Source: Pseudovirgaria hyperparasitica (Eukaryota). Taken from it: a stretch of 64,000 bases of DNA. Every line of letters starts with the position of its first letter. The stretch's first letter is position 1. Below are positions 12,399 to 25,608 of the stretch, piece by piece. Location of the stretch: the NCBI GenBank assembly GCA_010093815.1, contig ML996569.1, one strand, 5' to 3'. The position numbers were made by a program, and so were the translations under genes. The notes below the pieces were generated by a model. That model was not told the DNA's origin and did not search any database. It worked only from the letters and a program-made list of their open reading frames with translations.

Positions 12399-13559
12399 CT
12401 AGGCCGGTCCGAGTTCTAGAACGATGTGGACCCTCCCGCCAGTTTTCTCATGATCCTCGGACATCAGATGGATGAGCTTGATGTTTTTATTACCTAGCTC
12501 AGTGCGATAGTCCTTTAGCATAAAATAAACTCGTGAGATATGGGTTTGGGCCGTCATAAGCTCTACGACTTTAAGCTCATTGGCGGTCCTAGGGTTGATC
12601 GGGTTCAGCGTCAATGTCTTTTTCACGTCGGCCCTCATTACTTCAAACGCTTCTTCGATTGCGTAGTAGGTGTTCAGCTGGACGCCCTTTGAGGTTGTAG
12701 AATCGGTTCCTTTACCCTCTAGGATGTTATCTCGAACGATCTTATTAAGATCCTCTGTTCTAGTTCCTTTGCTTTTGCATGCTTCTCGCCAATTGCTCAT
12801 TGTCATGGATGACCATCTCAACTTCTTGCTTTGATCGTTCTCAATGTTATAGCTTTGCTTTATCACGAGAGCTCTTTGCTCAGGAGCAGCACATGTGTCT
12901 AGGATAGAGTCCCCTGTTGTAGGATCTTTGACCTCGTTCCTGACCCATGTTTGACCTTGGCCAGAGATCTTGAAATCGTCCAAATAGGAGTTTTTGCTGC
13001 CTTCCACTGGCCATGACTTTGGACCTGCGACTGCCGGCACTTCGTTATAGCCATAACTCTTAGGAGTTCCAAGAACGCTTAGGTCAATCAGCTAAGAGTG
13101 TTATAGTCGCGGACGAAGCCTACCCAGTATCACCACCCTCTTTGAATTGCTGTCTTACCTCTACACCTTTCAGCCTTTGGTCCTCCAAGTCTTTATTTGA
13201 GAAGGTTGGGGAGTTGTTTTCGACAATATCTTGCATTCTATCCCCAGGAGTCTCTCCTGGCCTCGAGCCAGGAAGAGGATCATTTTTCCCTGGCTTTTCG
13301 ATTCTGCCAGGTCTGAATCCTCGCTCTTGAACATCTGACCATTGTTTACATGGATACTCGTGACTCAGTGAGGTCACTATCTTGGCGTCAATCCAGATAT
13401 CTGTGGCAGTATTCGGGCAAGAGATAGAAACATACCATCACAGCTCGGCAGTGTCTCACATACCCTCAAGTCAGTCTTTGAACATACTGCATGAGAGCTA
13501 GAAAATGGAGAGCAAGCTAAGATCCCATACAGGATGATATTGACTTGGCTGAGACGCAT
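12399..13559 (-). CDS. Secreted uncharacterised protein (~350 aa, 3 exons)
   Basis: Signal peptide MRLSQVNIILYGILACSPFSSS. Introns 13377-13435 and 13078-13123 join three ORF-track ORFs in frame. C-terminal domain LRWS..M..W...L..IVRDNI...MLKDY..LGNK.I. Confidence 0.65.
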
Positions 13560-14741
13560 TTTGGAGACTTCCGGTGTAAGGGGCTATAAAACTAGACTGA
13601 TTAAATGTCGAAGTTTCAGAGCTCAAATCTGAGTATCAGTAGTCCTCTATATCAAGGGGCTATGAACATAAATTTATATATATGTTGAGTTTGTTGACAG
13701 GCAGTCCAGTCTGGGTCTATGCATTTCTTGATGCCAGTTCAGTGGCGCGGCTTTGTTGGTCCCGTCGAACATTTGTCCACTCAATGGCTCCGTGAGACCG
13801 TAGCTGTTGCTAAACTCTTCGTCGATCATGGAAAAAATCCTTACATGACTGACATGTGGATCTCGTTACAAGGAATACCGCTAGATAGAGTGCATGATTG
13901 TATCTACAATATGTGGTCGATTATTTATAGGAAAAGTTACGCTACGTGCCAGCATAATGAGACTTGGGATTAGCCTGAAACGACGCTATGAGCATAGAAG
14001 GATAAGAAAAGATTTTTGATGGTCTTGCATCCGTCATTCTGTGTTTGCCTGATGTTGTCAATCCATGCGGCACAGTGAAACGTTCTCGGCTAGATCATGC
14101 TCGATCTATTGTATGCGATGGATACCCTGTTCGCGCACGCCTCACAGCCTCAAATCCGCAAGTACCCAGATTGCATGCTATATACTGGCGGCGGATTGCA
14201 ACATATTTTTAGTTGGGGGCAGGTTTGATAGTGAAATGCCTGAGCGAATAGTTGCATTGTTCAAACAAGTATATCGTACCTTACTCGGCCGAGGGTTTGG
14301 GCTGATTGGGCGATAGAATAGAACGCTTAATTAGTTGGGGTACAATATTGATCATACGAGAAGGAGGCAAAGCTGCATACTACGCTGCAAGCTATGTTAT
14401 TCTGTTGGTTGGCTTTTGCTGCCTCCAACATCACAACCCACGCTAAAGGACCAGTGGAACACCGACGACAAAATGAATTTGGCGATTACGCGATTCTGTC
14501 TGCGTCACGCTGAATGTTACCAAGATAGTATGAAGTGAAGTGATGTGTCTCGTGCGCAGCAATTAAGTATATATAAGTTCGTCTGGCGCACATGTAGTTA
14601 GTTCCTGATCTTTGGAATAAGGTATTTTCGTAAAGTCTCAGATACTATAACTACTATATCGTGGTTCATATGCAGCTACAGAATATCGACATTGCTACCC
14701 AGACCGCTAGGTCGTAAATATTCGAAACGCCTTTCGACACT

Positions 14742-15979
14742 ATGTCCGCTGCTTTGGGATTTGCATTGGACGCTGCTGGTACCATAGCTACGTTCGCTCT
14801 GCTTGCAGAGGGACTCACGCACCAGCAGAAGCCAAAAGTATCTTCCCAGGTCAAGATCGTCCTTGGTGACGGAACCGATCTCCGCGATGCAGGGGGCGCG
14901 GTACCTCATATCGCACTGTGGGATGAATGTAAGTCTGAATCGCGTGTCTGTAGACTCTGACTCTCCGAACTGACGTCTCTAGACGGTCATCGTATTGGGC
15001 AACATCACCCGGGAAAGAAGGAAAAGATCAAGCAGGGTCAGACCAACGTGGAACCTATCAACATAGAACACGCGCAAACTGAACCAAAATATGATGGAGT
15101 GGACCCGGGCTACATCCTCCTTTCCCAGTCATCTGATGACGCGATCTGTGTTGCTCAAATATCCGTTATGGGACCGACAACTAGTGCCAGCTTCGTCGGA
15201 GGTATGTCGTGAAATCCTACCTCTTCCATTCTACAAACGTTGCATTCACTTACACCCATTAAGATACCGGAAAGTGGTGTGGTCAAACCTGGTATCCCAG
15301 CAGCAAGCCCATCGGAGACTCTTGAACTAATCCTGCTTGTGTATGGCTCGATGCCAACCACAACAGCGGCATTAACGCACGCGCCCTCAGCTTCCATCTC
15401 CGTGACATGCAGGGTGATGAGAACAAAGCGGCTCAATACAATGAAGACAAAGACACTTTATGTAAGAGTACCCCTAGGTTCTCTTTCTGGGGCAACCTTC
15501 TCCCCAATGGTATCATACCTTTCTTTGATCCCCCCTTGGAATACGAAGACGGAAATGGCAGGGACGTAGATCGAAGCCGTGTCGTTGACAACCATCAGTT
15601 CAATAAGGGAGTTTACATGAGTCAAAGTGCAGGAAAGAGATCGCGCTCTACAAGGAGCAATGTCAAGCGCGCAAACCATGATCCTGCACACTTAGTTATC
15701 GCGAGTGAGGGACACAAAGCGAGTGCCCAAGAGGTTTGCGACTCGGCGACATCATACGGCTGGGATATCGTGTCTGTGGACGAAAGGCTGTTCTGTGATA
15801 TTGAGCACAAGCAACTCTATCCTCTTTGTAGCTCAGATGTGTCGAGCAGTTGCTTCGACATGGACCAGAGAACATTACGTGGGCCTCTCGAGGCTAGAGG
15901 CGAGGAGGCTAGTTCTGAGAAGATGAGGTTTGGCCGATCGTATGACTCAATTGCTAATTGGACGATGACAGCTTCATGA
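14742..15979 (+). pseudogene. Cys-rich uncharacterised fungal protein gene with one premature TGA (nonsense allele or sequence error)
   Basis: Introns ~14929-14982 and ~15202-15263 give a coherent protein (AGGAVPHIALWD-YGHRIG...DAICVAQISV...GDTGKWCGQTWY...PACVWLD...LCKSTPRF). TGA at 15323-15325 is in frame with ORF 15407-15979. Confidence 0.7.
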
Positions 15980-16366
15980 TGTCGTGGGATTTTGGACAGC
16001 TCGCAGGTCACATACAGTCTCATGTTCCAAATTATAGTTTGCGGTGCACTTTTTCTGGATGATGTAGCAATGCCCCATTCTGTCATTGATCGACGTATGC
16101 AACAGGCTCTAACACCTTTTTTTATCATTCCTATGTTCTAAAGATAAGTTCGCAATGCGCTAGTCTCTATAGGGTTAGACCTGTAGAATAACCAGGACAA
16201 AGGACATTCATCAGGCAATGTGGTACAGGCAAACTTTGTTAGGGACCACATTCATTTTTTCAAATTCTGTCAGCAATAAAGCTGCTGTAATCAGATGCCC
16301 TTTGTAGTTCAAGCTTAACATACCAATCCTAACGACTTTGCGTTTCTTTCTCATCACAAATTCACA

Positions 16367-17875
16367 ATGCCTTCGCTATTTCTGCCTGACGAGGTGCTCA
16401 TGCAAATCCTCGTCGAATCCGTGAGAATACGAACCATCAAGCGTGCGTTGAGATTACGGCTTGTGTCACGAAGATTCTCTCGCATGACTTGCGAGGCTAT
16501 ATTTGAGTCAGGCCTGATTGAGATGGGTGGCCTCCAGGGCCCTAGCTACTACACAGGCACACGGTACACACGTATACATTACTCTTACACATCCACAGAC
16601 TTCCTTCAGCGGTACCTAGTCTACAAGTGCACAAGACTTCATGACAAATCTCCTCAATTCTTCTGGGCAATCCGCCAGGTTGTTGAGTATATCTGGAGAT
16701 ACCGACACCCAGACTCACCATTAGACCGGCAAAATATGGAACTCTTGCTCTCTCGAATTGCTTTTTTGTCTGTTCGGGGTCGTCATTTCGATCGGCACTT
16801 GAGATGCCTTGTGGAAGATGAGGAGCCGAGGGGCCCTATTCAGGACCCAAGCAAAGACATGAATTACATGCTTCTGAGTGCTGCTGCGTACATAGGCGAT
16901 CCCGAGTTAGTCGAAAAGCTGCTCACCGAAGACGAGAAACGTCCTCGGTTAGAAAGGCTGTGTTATTCTAGCTCGGTTGATAAGTGAGTCAATTGCTCGA
17001 AGCCAAGGCTTCAGCTCACTAACGAGCTGTCTAGCTGCTTCGATTTCCTCACTCCCTACCAGGCAGCAGCTCACGCAGGCCATGTCAACATCATAAAAGC
17101 ACTTGAGCCGAGAGTACGTGTAGGACGCAAATCATTCTCCATAGCCAGGTATGCTGCTGAGGCCGGGCACGCCCATATCATAGATCTCGCCTTCCCACCC
17201 AATGTTCCTCTTACAGGACCTTCCAGAATCGATACGTCCCAAGTTCTCCACGCCGCTTGTAAAGCACTCTCAAATCTCAGTTCTGAGAGGTTGTTCATCA
17301 TATATCATCAAAAATGGACACGACTCCTGGCACGTCTCCGGTCTGGAGCGCATCGCATCAACAACTCTTGGGCATACGACGAGCTTGAGTTTAGAGCCTC
17401 CGCAGGCTCTTTAGGTATTCTAAGATACCTGTTAACGTTTGGCATCCAGTGCAACCCCTCAGAGCACTCATCTAAGACAATGTCCCTAGATTGGTGCCTC
17501 GTTAGAGAATACTCAGGGATTTTGGATCATACACATCTCTCAAGACTCGCCGTGCTAGCAGCTCAATCCGGCCATATCAACGTCGTGAGTCTCTTGCTAG
17601 ACCTAGGTGCAGATGCAAACAAGGCGATCCCTGCCGCATGCGGGTCAGGTTCTATATCACTGGTGGGATTTCTTATCGATTCCTTTGACAAACCTCCCTG
17701 TAGAGAGTCTATGCAAGAAGGATTTCTGAGTGCAGTCGCATGTGAAGATCACGCTATGATCCACTACTTACTTGATCGTGGGCTGGAGCTTGACCATAAA
17801 TCAAGAACTCTTGCTCTGGATATAGCCAAGAAAGAAGGCTTGGAATCAATGGTTCATTTAATTGAACAAATATAA
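16367..17875 (+). CDS. F-box-like N-terminus plus ankyrin-repeat protein
   Basis: LFLPDEVLMQIL...LRLRLVSRRF is F-box-like. Intron 16984-17034 (GTGAGT..CTAAC..TAG). Ankyrin units AAAYIGD..LVEKLL, AAAHAGHVNII, AAQSGHINVVSLLLDLGADAN. Confidence 0.8.
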
Positions 17876-17968
17876 GCACTTAACGGCAGATCAGGGGTAC
17901 ACAATTCAATTATTTTCCTACAGTGGTCCTCATCATACTGGAATATATTTACACTGAGGCTACAAAGC

Positions 17969-19295
17969 TTACAGTATCTCATCGCTATCTCTAGTGGCCG
18001 ATCCATAGTCTCCTTGATTGGGCATCCTCACGATCGTATGCGTATGGAACTTCTGCGGCTCCTCGTTGTTCAGAAATACTCCGCTATGGTGGTCGAACTC
18101 GAAAATAACGACTGGACTTTGTAACCTAAAATAATACGCGTCCTCGTCTCCATATCCACCAATCCACGAGAAGTACGTATCGTCGAAATGCTTTTTCATC
18201 AACTCTTTCTTCGCCTTCCGTGACTCATCCGGATGATACAAGAGAAACTGCTCTGCAATATCTAGCACGATGCTCTGCTGCTCGGGTGATAGGGTAGAGA
18301 CCTTTACCCCCTCGTACGGCACGACCCTGTTGTCTCTGAATGCACCACACAGATGCCTCTGGTCATCTTTATTCCAACGATCCGAGCATAAATCTCCCGT
18401 CATCTTCATCATCGGATCCTTGAGCAACTTGTACGTTTGGGCCTTGGTCTGCTGCGCGGAGCTTAGACTCTGCATGAGCTCTAGCCCCAAATCTCCCTCT
18501 GTATGCAGGATTGCAGTGCCTTTCCACGGACCCTCGTCGATTATATTCGGCTCTGCGCCTGTGAATGTCGGCGCAATGAAGATTTGTCTTCTTTTAAGGT
18601 ACACCGAGAGACACAGATGGTGACCGTATAGCAGAAACCCCCAGCCCTTCGTTGTGGAAGGTGTACCGAAGAGCAGGAAATTATATGAGTACTGATTCAT
18701 GATCTTAGGCAATTGAACGAGCTCTCCAAGGAAATGGTTGATTCGCATGGCCGCTAAAGCTTTCTGGTAGCCGGCAGGCGAGAGGGTTGTCTCAAGGATT
18801 GCGAGAATGGATGTGGTAGCAGGTTCGGACAGCTCTTCCATGCGTAGGCCAAAGGGTCGCAGAAGCATCTCGGGGTTAGACCAGGCGCGCCATTCGCGGG
18901 CATTGATGGGGTAAGAGAGGCGGGCTTTTTCGTCAGGGGTGAGTTTAGATAAGAGACTGTTTGTTGCTGCTACGATAGCCTCGATAGGAACGTTTTCGTC
19001 GGCTATAGAGTATAGATCCGGTACTACTTGACCTGTGGCCGAGTTAAACTCAGTGATTACGATGAATTCAGATGTTCATACCATCGCTTGTGATCCCCTT
19101 GTATGGTTCTTCATACAATCTTTGCCAAGCCTGGGTTAGCTTGTAGAGCCACGGTGGATTCTGCTTCGATATAAAGGCCTCTGCATAGGAATCTGCATCC
19201 TGTTCTTTGGCAATTTGAAACCTTGGATTAGTCAAATCTGGGAGATGCTGCCTGAAGCCTGCGGATGTAGAATGAAAGGCGCCATTCGTAGCCAT
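17969..19295 (-). CDS. DUF3500 family protein
   Basis: ATG at 19295; intron 19033-19081. Motifs WRAWSNPE, FGTPS..WG..LYGHHL, PTFTGAEP, YFRLQSP..FEFDHH, FHTHTIVR.PN.GDYG. Confidence 0.85.
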
Positions 19296-19712
19296 CACCA
19301 CAACCGGACAACGATTTCGAGCTACGTCAGAAAGATACAACAACAATGATAAGATGCAGGTTGGATTGAGAGATACTCTGAACAGAATGCAATTGCCTGT
19401 ACTCAAGCGTGATGCTATTGTCTTCGCGTACTTGCCATATAATTTCAAGCATGTTCGGCTGACCCGAGACGTCCCCACACTGTGGCGCATGGAGGTGCCA
19501 CAAACTCTCCACAGAGCTTGTGGGGCCCCTCGGACATTCCACGTGTAGATATGGGAACGGTCGAGCGGCAATTGAGACTGCTTCTCCGGGGGTTTCTGCT
19601 CCGACAACATTTCATTCTCGCTCGTACTGTGTTATTCAGTCTTTGCAACTATCTCATTCTATATAGATACTCGAATCAGATACCTCTCATTGTCGGCACT
19701 CATCATATTATA

Positions 19713-20161
19713 ATGGCGGACACATCTCCCAAAGGCCCGTTCAAGCTTGTAACAGTCAACACAGCACCGGAGCGTGCGAAGCGATTGATTGGCCGCATGG
19801 TCGAAGCATTGAAAGATAAATACACAATCATTCACGCTGCAAACTGCGAAAGTAAACTTCCCTCTCCTACAGAACATTTCTCTTTCCATCTTTCACATCT
19901 ACACGTAGGTACTGACCCATCGCAACAGCAATCGAACAAGTCGCACCCACAGTCACAGAATTGCAACCAGACGTCCTTTTCTGCGCATCCATGTGGACGA
20001 CAGAAGAAGCAACAAAGATCCAAGAAACAGCCAAGAGACTCAGGCCTGGCATAAAAACGTACGCAATTCCACATGGGCTGCAGGTTGAGCGGGGGCCGGA
20101 TGCCATCGTCGAGCACTTATTGCAGAAAGTTCCTGGACTGTTGGATAGTATAGAGCAGTGA
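19713..20161 (+). CDS. Small conserved fungal hypothetical protein (~123 aa)
   Basis: MADTSPKGPFKLVTVNTAPERAKRLIG... spliced (intron ~19852-19928) to ...QPDVLFCASMWT...AIPHGLQVERGPDAIVE. Divergent from the DUF3500 gene. Confidence 0.75.
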
Positions 20162-20271
20162 GATTTATGCTAAGTGTAACGACGACCGAAACATCAAGCT
20201 AGCTAGAGGCATCCTGAAAAGTCTTGTATCTAGTATGGAATGCTTCAAAATCGCGTGCATAGCCATCCTCC

Positions 20272-21317
20272 CTACTTACAAGTCTCAATTGCCAGCGCTG
20301 TATAATTGTCCAAATCGTCCTTCGGCAGTCCCAGTACATCGTTCTGTAGCGCATACCTATCCTCCATGACCCTAAAGCCTCCCTCAATTATCACACTCGA
20401 ATACAACCACCTCAGCTGCCTCATCCTATCTACTTTCGCAGGATCTTCCAAACCCCTTGCAGTCCTCTCCTTCGCATCTTCATACTCTACCATCCATTCC
20501 CCTTCCCCCACTCTAGTAACCCTTAAACCATCTCCCTCCGCGTAACCGCAAGCGACATCACACACACTCTCGATCCCCTTCTTCCCTATCCTCTCGACCC
20601 GAGACTCCACCACCACCACCGCCCTCGCCATCCCCATACCCACATACTCCCAGGTACTCCCACGTACTCCCACGTACTCCCACGTACTCCCACCTACCCC
20701 CCCTAATCCTGAAAAGATCCGACTCTTATCCCAAAATCCGATAAGCAAAATCAAGCCTCGAACCAACCCATCGAGCCCGCACGCAAGACTTCATACCAGG
20801 AACTCCCCACGCAGCTCGATCCAGCTTCTCAACGCCCAAGTTCTCGATCATCTGCGCACGGGCAGCAAGTCTTCATCGGCACTCAGTGCCGCAAAGCACC
20901 TATCTTACGCTGCAGCATCAGTAGTCCAGCACGGGCTAGTATTTCGTATTTTCGTTGGGGAAGATGAAGGGTATGTGGGCGGCGACGGTGATGATGAGCG
21001 CAGATTGGATGGAGGCGGTGGCGGAGGGGAGGGAGGAGGGTGGTGATGAGGGCATGCTGGCTGGTGAGGGAGGTGTGGTTGGCGTAGTTGACCTCACGAA
21101 TTTGGACGCGGGAGGGATGGTTTTGGTATTTGGGGCTCCGCGTGCGGGTCAGGGTGGTGACGGTGTATTTGTTTGTTATCAGGAAGGTTGTAACGAAGTG
21201 ACGGCCGAGTCGACCGGTGGCCCGGAAAAGCGGTAGATGTGCGCGCGAGACGTATTGGGAGGAAGAAAGGGTGCGTCCGCCGATAGGGGCGTTGTTCTGA
21301 AGGTGTTTTTCGGACAT
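20272..21317 (-). pseudogene. CipA-like / NmrA-like NAD(P)-binding oxidoreductase pseudogene
   Basis: Rossmann start IG-ATGRLG..F...L...YTVTTLTR and C-terminal W.VEYE.AKER..RGL...NDVLGLPKDDLD are recognisable. The middle is frameshifted with stops, and the first-intron signals are mutated. Confidence 0.7.
20645..20692. repeat. 10-bp tandem minisatellite (TACTCCCACG) x ~5 inside the CipA-like pseudogene
   Basis: catactccca ggtactccca cgtactccca cgtactccca cgtactccca. Confidence 0.9.
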
Positions 21318-21783
21318 CTTATGCTGGAGGTCAGGGTTGGCGGAAATGCTTGTTGGCTTACATGAGTCGTGGATGTGCGATTTTGGTATATGCCTTCTGA
21401 TGAACGAGATGACTTGGATACGTGGGCTGTGCTTGTGGTGATACGGTTGGTTATATACATGTTGTATTGACCTACTCCTTTGCCGGTGCCGGCATGCATC
21501 GTTGTTGTACCAACAATGCAGCCCCAGGAGTTGGATCAAAATGAGCTTTGTATTCTTTGAGTACTACACCTAAATACCTCAATGATGTCGGTGGCTCCGT
21601 AGTCCGATGCTGATGATTTCTATACTCATGTCAAGTCCGTGGAACTCAGGTATGACTTGATGAGGTCCATACTCTGACTCATGCTACCAACTCGCGAATT
21701 CTCATAAGCAAGAGATTGTCACCAGATGTTAGACACACTTATGTAGAGTAGACGTAAAGCACGTGGTGTCTTCAGAAACATGC

Positions 21784-23408
21784 TCAGGAGTCGTCGTAGT
21801 ATGCATCGTAAGCTCCACGCTCCTTTTGTGTAGAACACCACTCCTCACTGGCCAATCCCTTCTCCTTTCTCTTCCGCAAGGCTTCTTTGTCCTTGCAGTA
21901 ATCACATGCCCACTCGCACACTGGCTTATCTCCGTCTCCAAAATACGCGACTATAATCGCGTGTCTACAGCTTCCCACGTTCTCGCAATAGCTGACCAGC
22001 GCCTGCATGCTGCGAGCTCGTTGCATCACATTTTGCTGTCCAGCATAATTCTTTCTCGCACCTGGAGCATTCTCCTTCCGTAGTGCATCTCTTGCCATCA
22101 TGGTAGCTGCGCGATCTCGATCCTCACGTCCGTAATACATGATACATACGGAGGCTTTGCCATCACGGCCAGCGCGTCCAGCTTCCTGGTAGAAGCCCTC
22201 GAAACTCTTAGGGATTTGCCAATGTACCACGAAGCGTACATTCTCCTTATCGATGCCCATACCAAATGCCGTTGTTGCGACTATTACGTCATAGCCCTCC
22301 TTGTTGGCAACCCAATTCGTAAGCGTCTCTGCTCGTTCAGCGTGAGGGAGGCCGGCATGATAGGCCTTGGCACCGATGCCATCACCACGAAGCCGTTCGG
22401 CAAGAATTTCACAATCGCGTCTGAATAATGTATAGATGATGCCAGGGATGTTGTCAGTTCGAATATTCTGTGTCGAGAGCTCCTCTGCACGCTCTGCCTT
22501 CTTACGGCGCTCGTGGGCCGCACGGAGCCAATCTAAGAAGTTCGGGTAGTGGTCTTCTTCATCATTCTTGTACCGCACCTCATAGTGTAGGTTCGGTCGT
22601 GAACTGGACATATTGAACGTCTTAAGTGTTCGTGGATTGAGCTTAAGGGTCTCGATGACATCGTCTCGAACCGTTGATGTCGCAGTCGCAGTGCAACAAA
22701 TGATGGGAACATCTGGAAATTCCTCTTTGAAGAACGAGAGTGACTGAAAGCTTGGTCGGAAATCATGACCCCATTCGCTAATGCAATGAGCTTCATCGAT
22801 GGCGATGCGTGCGAGTTCCTGTTGAGTATAGATCACGCGAAGAATACGACGAAAGTGATCCATCTGGCAGTACTCCGGTGTCACGTAAAGGAGTCGAGTG
22901 AGTGGATGACCGCATTGGAGGTCCTCTAGAATGGCTTTCTTGGAAGCAGAAGACGTTGTACTGTTGATCGTTGCGACCTGGATATTTGCCGCACGCATAG
23001 AAGCGACTTGATTGTTCTATGCTCATGGGTGAGCCCAGGAACAAAGCATTATTGGCGATATTGAACTCACCATCAGAGCCAGTAATGGCGATATCACGAT
23101 AGTCACTAGCAGGTAATGTTAGCAGATTAGCACACCACCTAGGAATGAAGGTGTAGCATACAGCCGTAGTCGACGACAGCCGGTAATTGAAAGCACAAGC
23201 TCTTTCCAAATGAAGTTGCTGCCTGTAAGAAGACATCTTCGCCATCGAGCGCGGCCTGTATGACCTCGCGCTGGAATGGCCTATTGCATGGTATCAGTGT
23301 GGTCTAAAGCAGAAAACTGAATGTATCTTACCTAAACGTGTCTTTTCCAAATACGCGCCTCAATGTGAAGTCGATATCGACTCTTCTGATCCTCTTGTGC
23401 GGGGGCAT
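21784..23408 (-). CDS. RecQ family ATP-dependent DNA helicase (short form, helicase + RQC Zn-binding)
   Basis: Multi-exon from ATG 23408: FR-PFQREVI, AATSFGKSLCFQLPA, LLYVTPE, DEAHCISEWGHDFRP, ATTAFGMGID, QEAGRAGRDG, CRH..I..YFGD...CDYC. Confidence 0.93.
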
Positions 23409-23749
23409 TGTTATTGCGCGTGAAGATGTGAGCTAAGTTAATTACGCGTGTCAAGGCGGAACCCAAGAGTCCAAGACACAGCAAAACGATAGGGCAGGAG
23501 CTTGCGTCTCACAGTCCATCATTACATCAATAGATTCGACGTGTATGGATACCTAGGTGGTTACAAATCGTGGGTTCTGCATTGATCAGGAACGTGTCCG
23601 CAAAAAAAGTGAGGAAGTTCCTCTTGTTATACAGACGCGCACGGCGCGCGCCCCACGGCTGCACGTGGCAGGCAGCGCCAGGCAGCGAGGCATGTCAAAA
23701 TCATATTTGATATTCTATGAAGATCAATGATACATTTATCCGTTTACGA

Positions 23750-25107
23750 TCAGTCCCAACGCCATGTTTTAATATCATTGCTCATGAAGTGTTCTGGCCC
23801 GAAGGTCGGAGTTGCTGGAAGAGCCCCCGATACAGAGTGGTCTCTCTTGAGTCGCAGAACATCGGATACAAGATACAGGCTACCGGTAATGATCATGTTA
23901 CCTTCCTGGGAAATTTGTGCTGCTTTATGGATTGCTGCGTGAACGTCTTGGCTTCCATCGATGAGTTGCGACAGAGACGCAACCTGACCAGCTACCTCGC
24001 AAAGTTCTTTCGGTTCCATGGCCTTGACCCAGGGCATACCGTCGACTGCACCGAACTTAACTGCCACCAGAGAATCACCATCTCTCAGCAGATGTTTTAA
24101 TATCTCTCGAGAATTTTTGCCCTGAGACATGCTCACCAGCCATGTAACAGGTCGGTCTTCCGGAACATATTGCTTCAGTACGAGCGCAGAGTCGACATTG
24201 TGGGCTCCATCAATCAAAACAGGGTTCTCTCGCTCAGTCAGATTTTGAATTGAGATATTTTGCGTTCGGCCAGGCCAGTGATCGGGAGGAATTGTTCCGA
24301 GGATGGATGGCGATGGCGGCTGCTGCTGTATACTTTGATATGCTGTGACGAGAGCCTGATAAGCGAGACCAAGGTTTGTGCTTTGATATTGAAGGTATTT
24401 TCTCTCTTTAAACGATTTCCAGTGCTGATCATTGGATTCGAAGTGAGGAAGAGATTTGCGTACAATCAAGGGCGCCTCTAGGATCATTGCCTGCTTTCGA
24501 ATTACATCTAGCACTGTTGGAGTATTATTACCATCTACGATGCAAGGAACACCCCTTTTGATTATCCCAGCTTTCTGGAAGGCGATCTCTTCCACAGTGT
24601 TGCCGAGAAAGTTTTGGTGATCTAGGCTTATTTTGGAGATTATAGTTACGGACGGCTTCGTGATGATATTAGTAGCATCAAGTAGACCTCCCATGCCTAC
24701 TTCAACGACAGCGAAATCCAGATTCTCACTATTAAAGATACGGAATGCAGTAGCGGTCAGTAGTTCGAACTCAGAAGCCTTGATGCTATGCTCCTGGTCA
24801 AGACGGCGTAGATCAGCCTCGACCTGTTGGAAGAGTTTTTTGGTTACGGGTGTCTCGCTGATGTTAATGCAGTCCCATCTGAATGACGAGATGAGACGTA
24901 TACGATGATACAGTGGAGCTCTATTTACCTGTCAATCAGGTGAGGTGAGGTAAAACGACCACATCGGACCCCAGAGGCATGCAGCATGGCCGAGAGGGCC
25001 GCGCAGATGGAACCTTTGCCATTGGTGCCGGCGACGTGGATGGCCTTCCAGGTAAGAGGAGTGTTGGCCAAGAGACGATGGATACGCTCAAGACCTGGTT
25101 GTATCAT
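23750..25107 (-). CDS. FOL3: Dihydrofolate synthase / folylpolyglutamate synthase (FolC family)
   Basis: MIQPGLERI...[11 protein letters not shown]...FTSPHLIDR; one intron near 24880-24928; then [36 protein letters not shown]. Confidence 0.85.
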
Positions 25108-25608
25108 TTGACAGATGTCGAGAGATAGTGAGAAAGAGAACAAAGATGGAGATGGAGAGGCGCAAAAGTCTGTCCACCGATCAGACGTGGACGGATAACA
25201 TTAGGAGATTAGGCCGTAAGGCGACAAGGCAAAAAAAGGGTAACAAGGCGAAAAGGTAACAAGTAACAAGGCAGATAATTCCCAAAACACGCCAAAACGT
25301 GTAGCCCGTGCGCCTACGAAGAGTCCGTGAGGAGGCAACAAGCCCGCCCAATCAATCCGCCCAAATCTCCGCTTCCCGCTCCACTCTCCTCTCCTCTCCT
25401 CTCGCTCTCACCCAGCCCTCCCTCTCCAAAACCTCACATTCCTCCAAGCAAGGCTAGTCGCATACATCGGCGCATCCGCCTGAAAAGCATCTCGAAAACA
25501 CCACGCGCATTCACTACACCAACCACTCCACTCTCATCTCTCCTCTTAAATCATCTTCTGTTATTCATCCTCACTCGTCAAGTTCTAGTTCGTATCTCGC
25601 GCCCAACA

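Noticed and set aside
20645..20692. Short repeats as a CRISPR-like array
   Set aside because: Head-to-tail 10-bp units with no spacers, eukaryotic context and no cas genes.
21611..21677. Possible C/D box snoRNA (TGATGA...TGATGA...CTGA with an internal stem)
   Set aside because: No terminal stem or recognisable rRNA guide by eye, and the boxes are short enough to arise by chance. It would need snoscan/Infernal.
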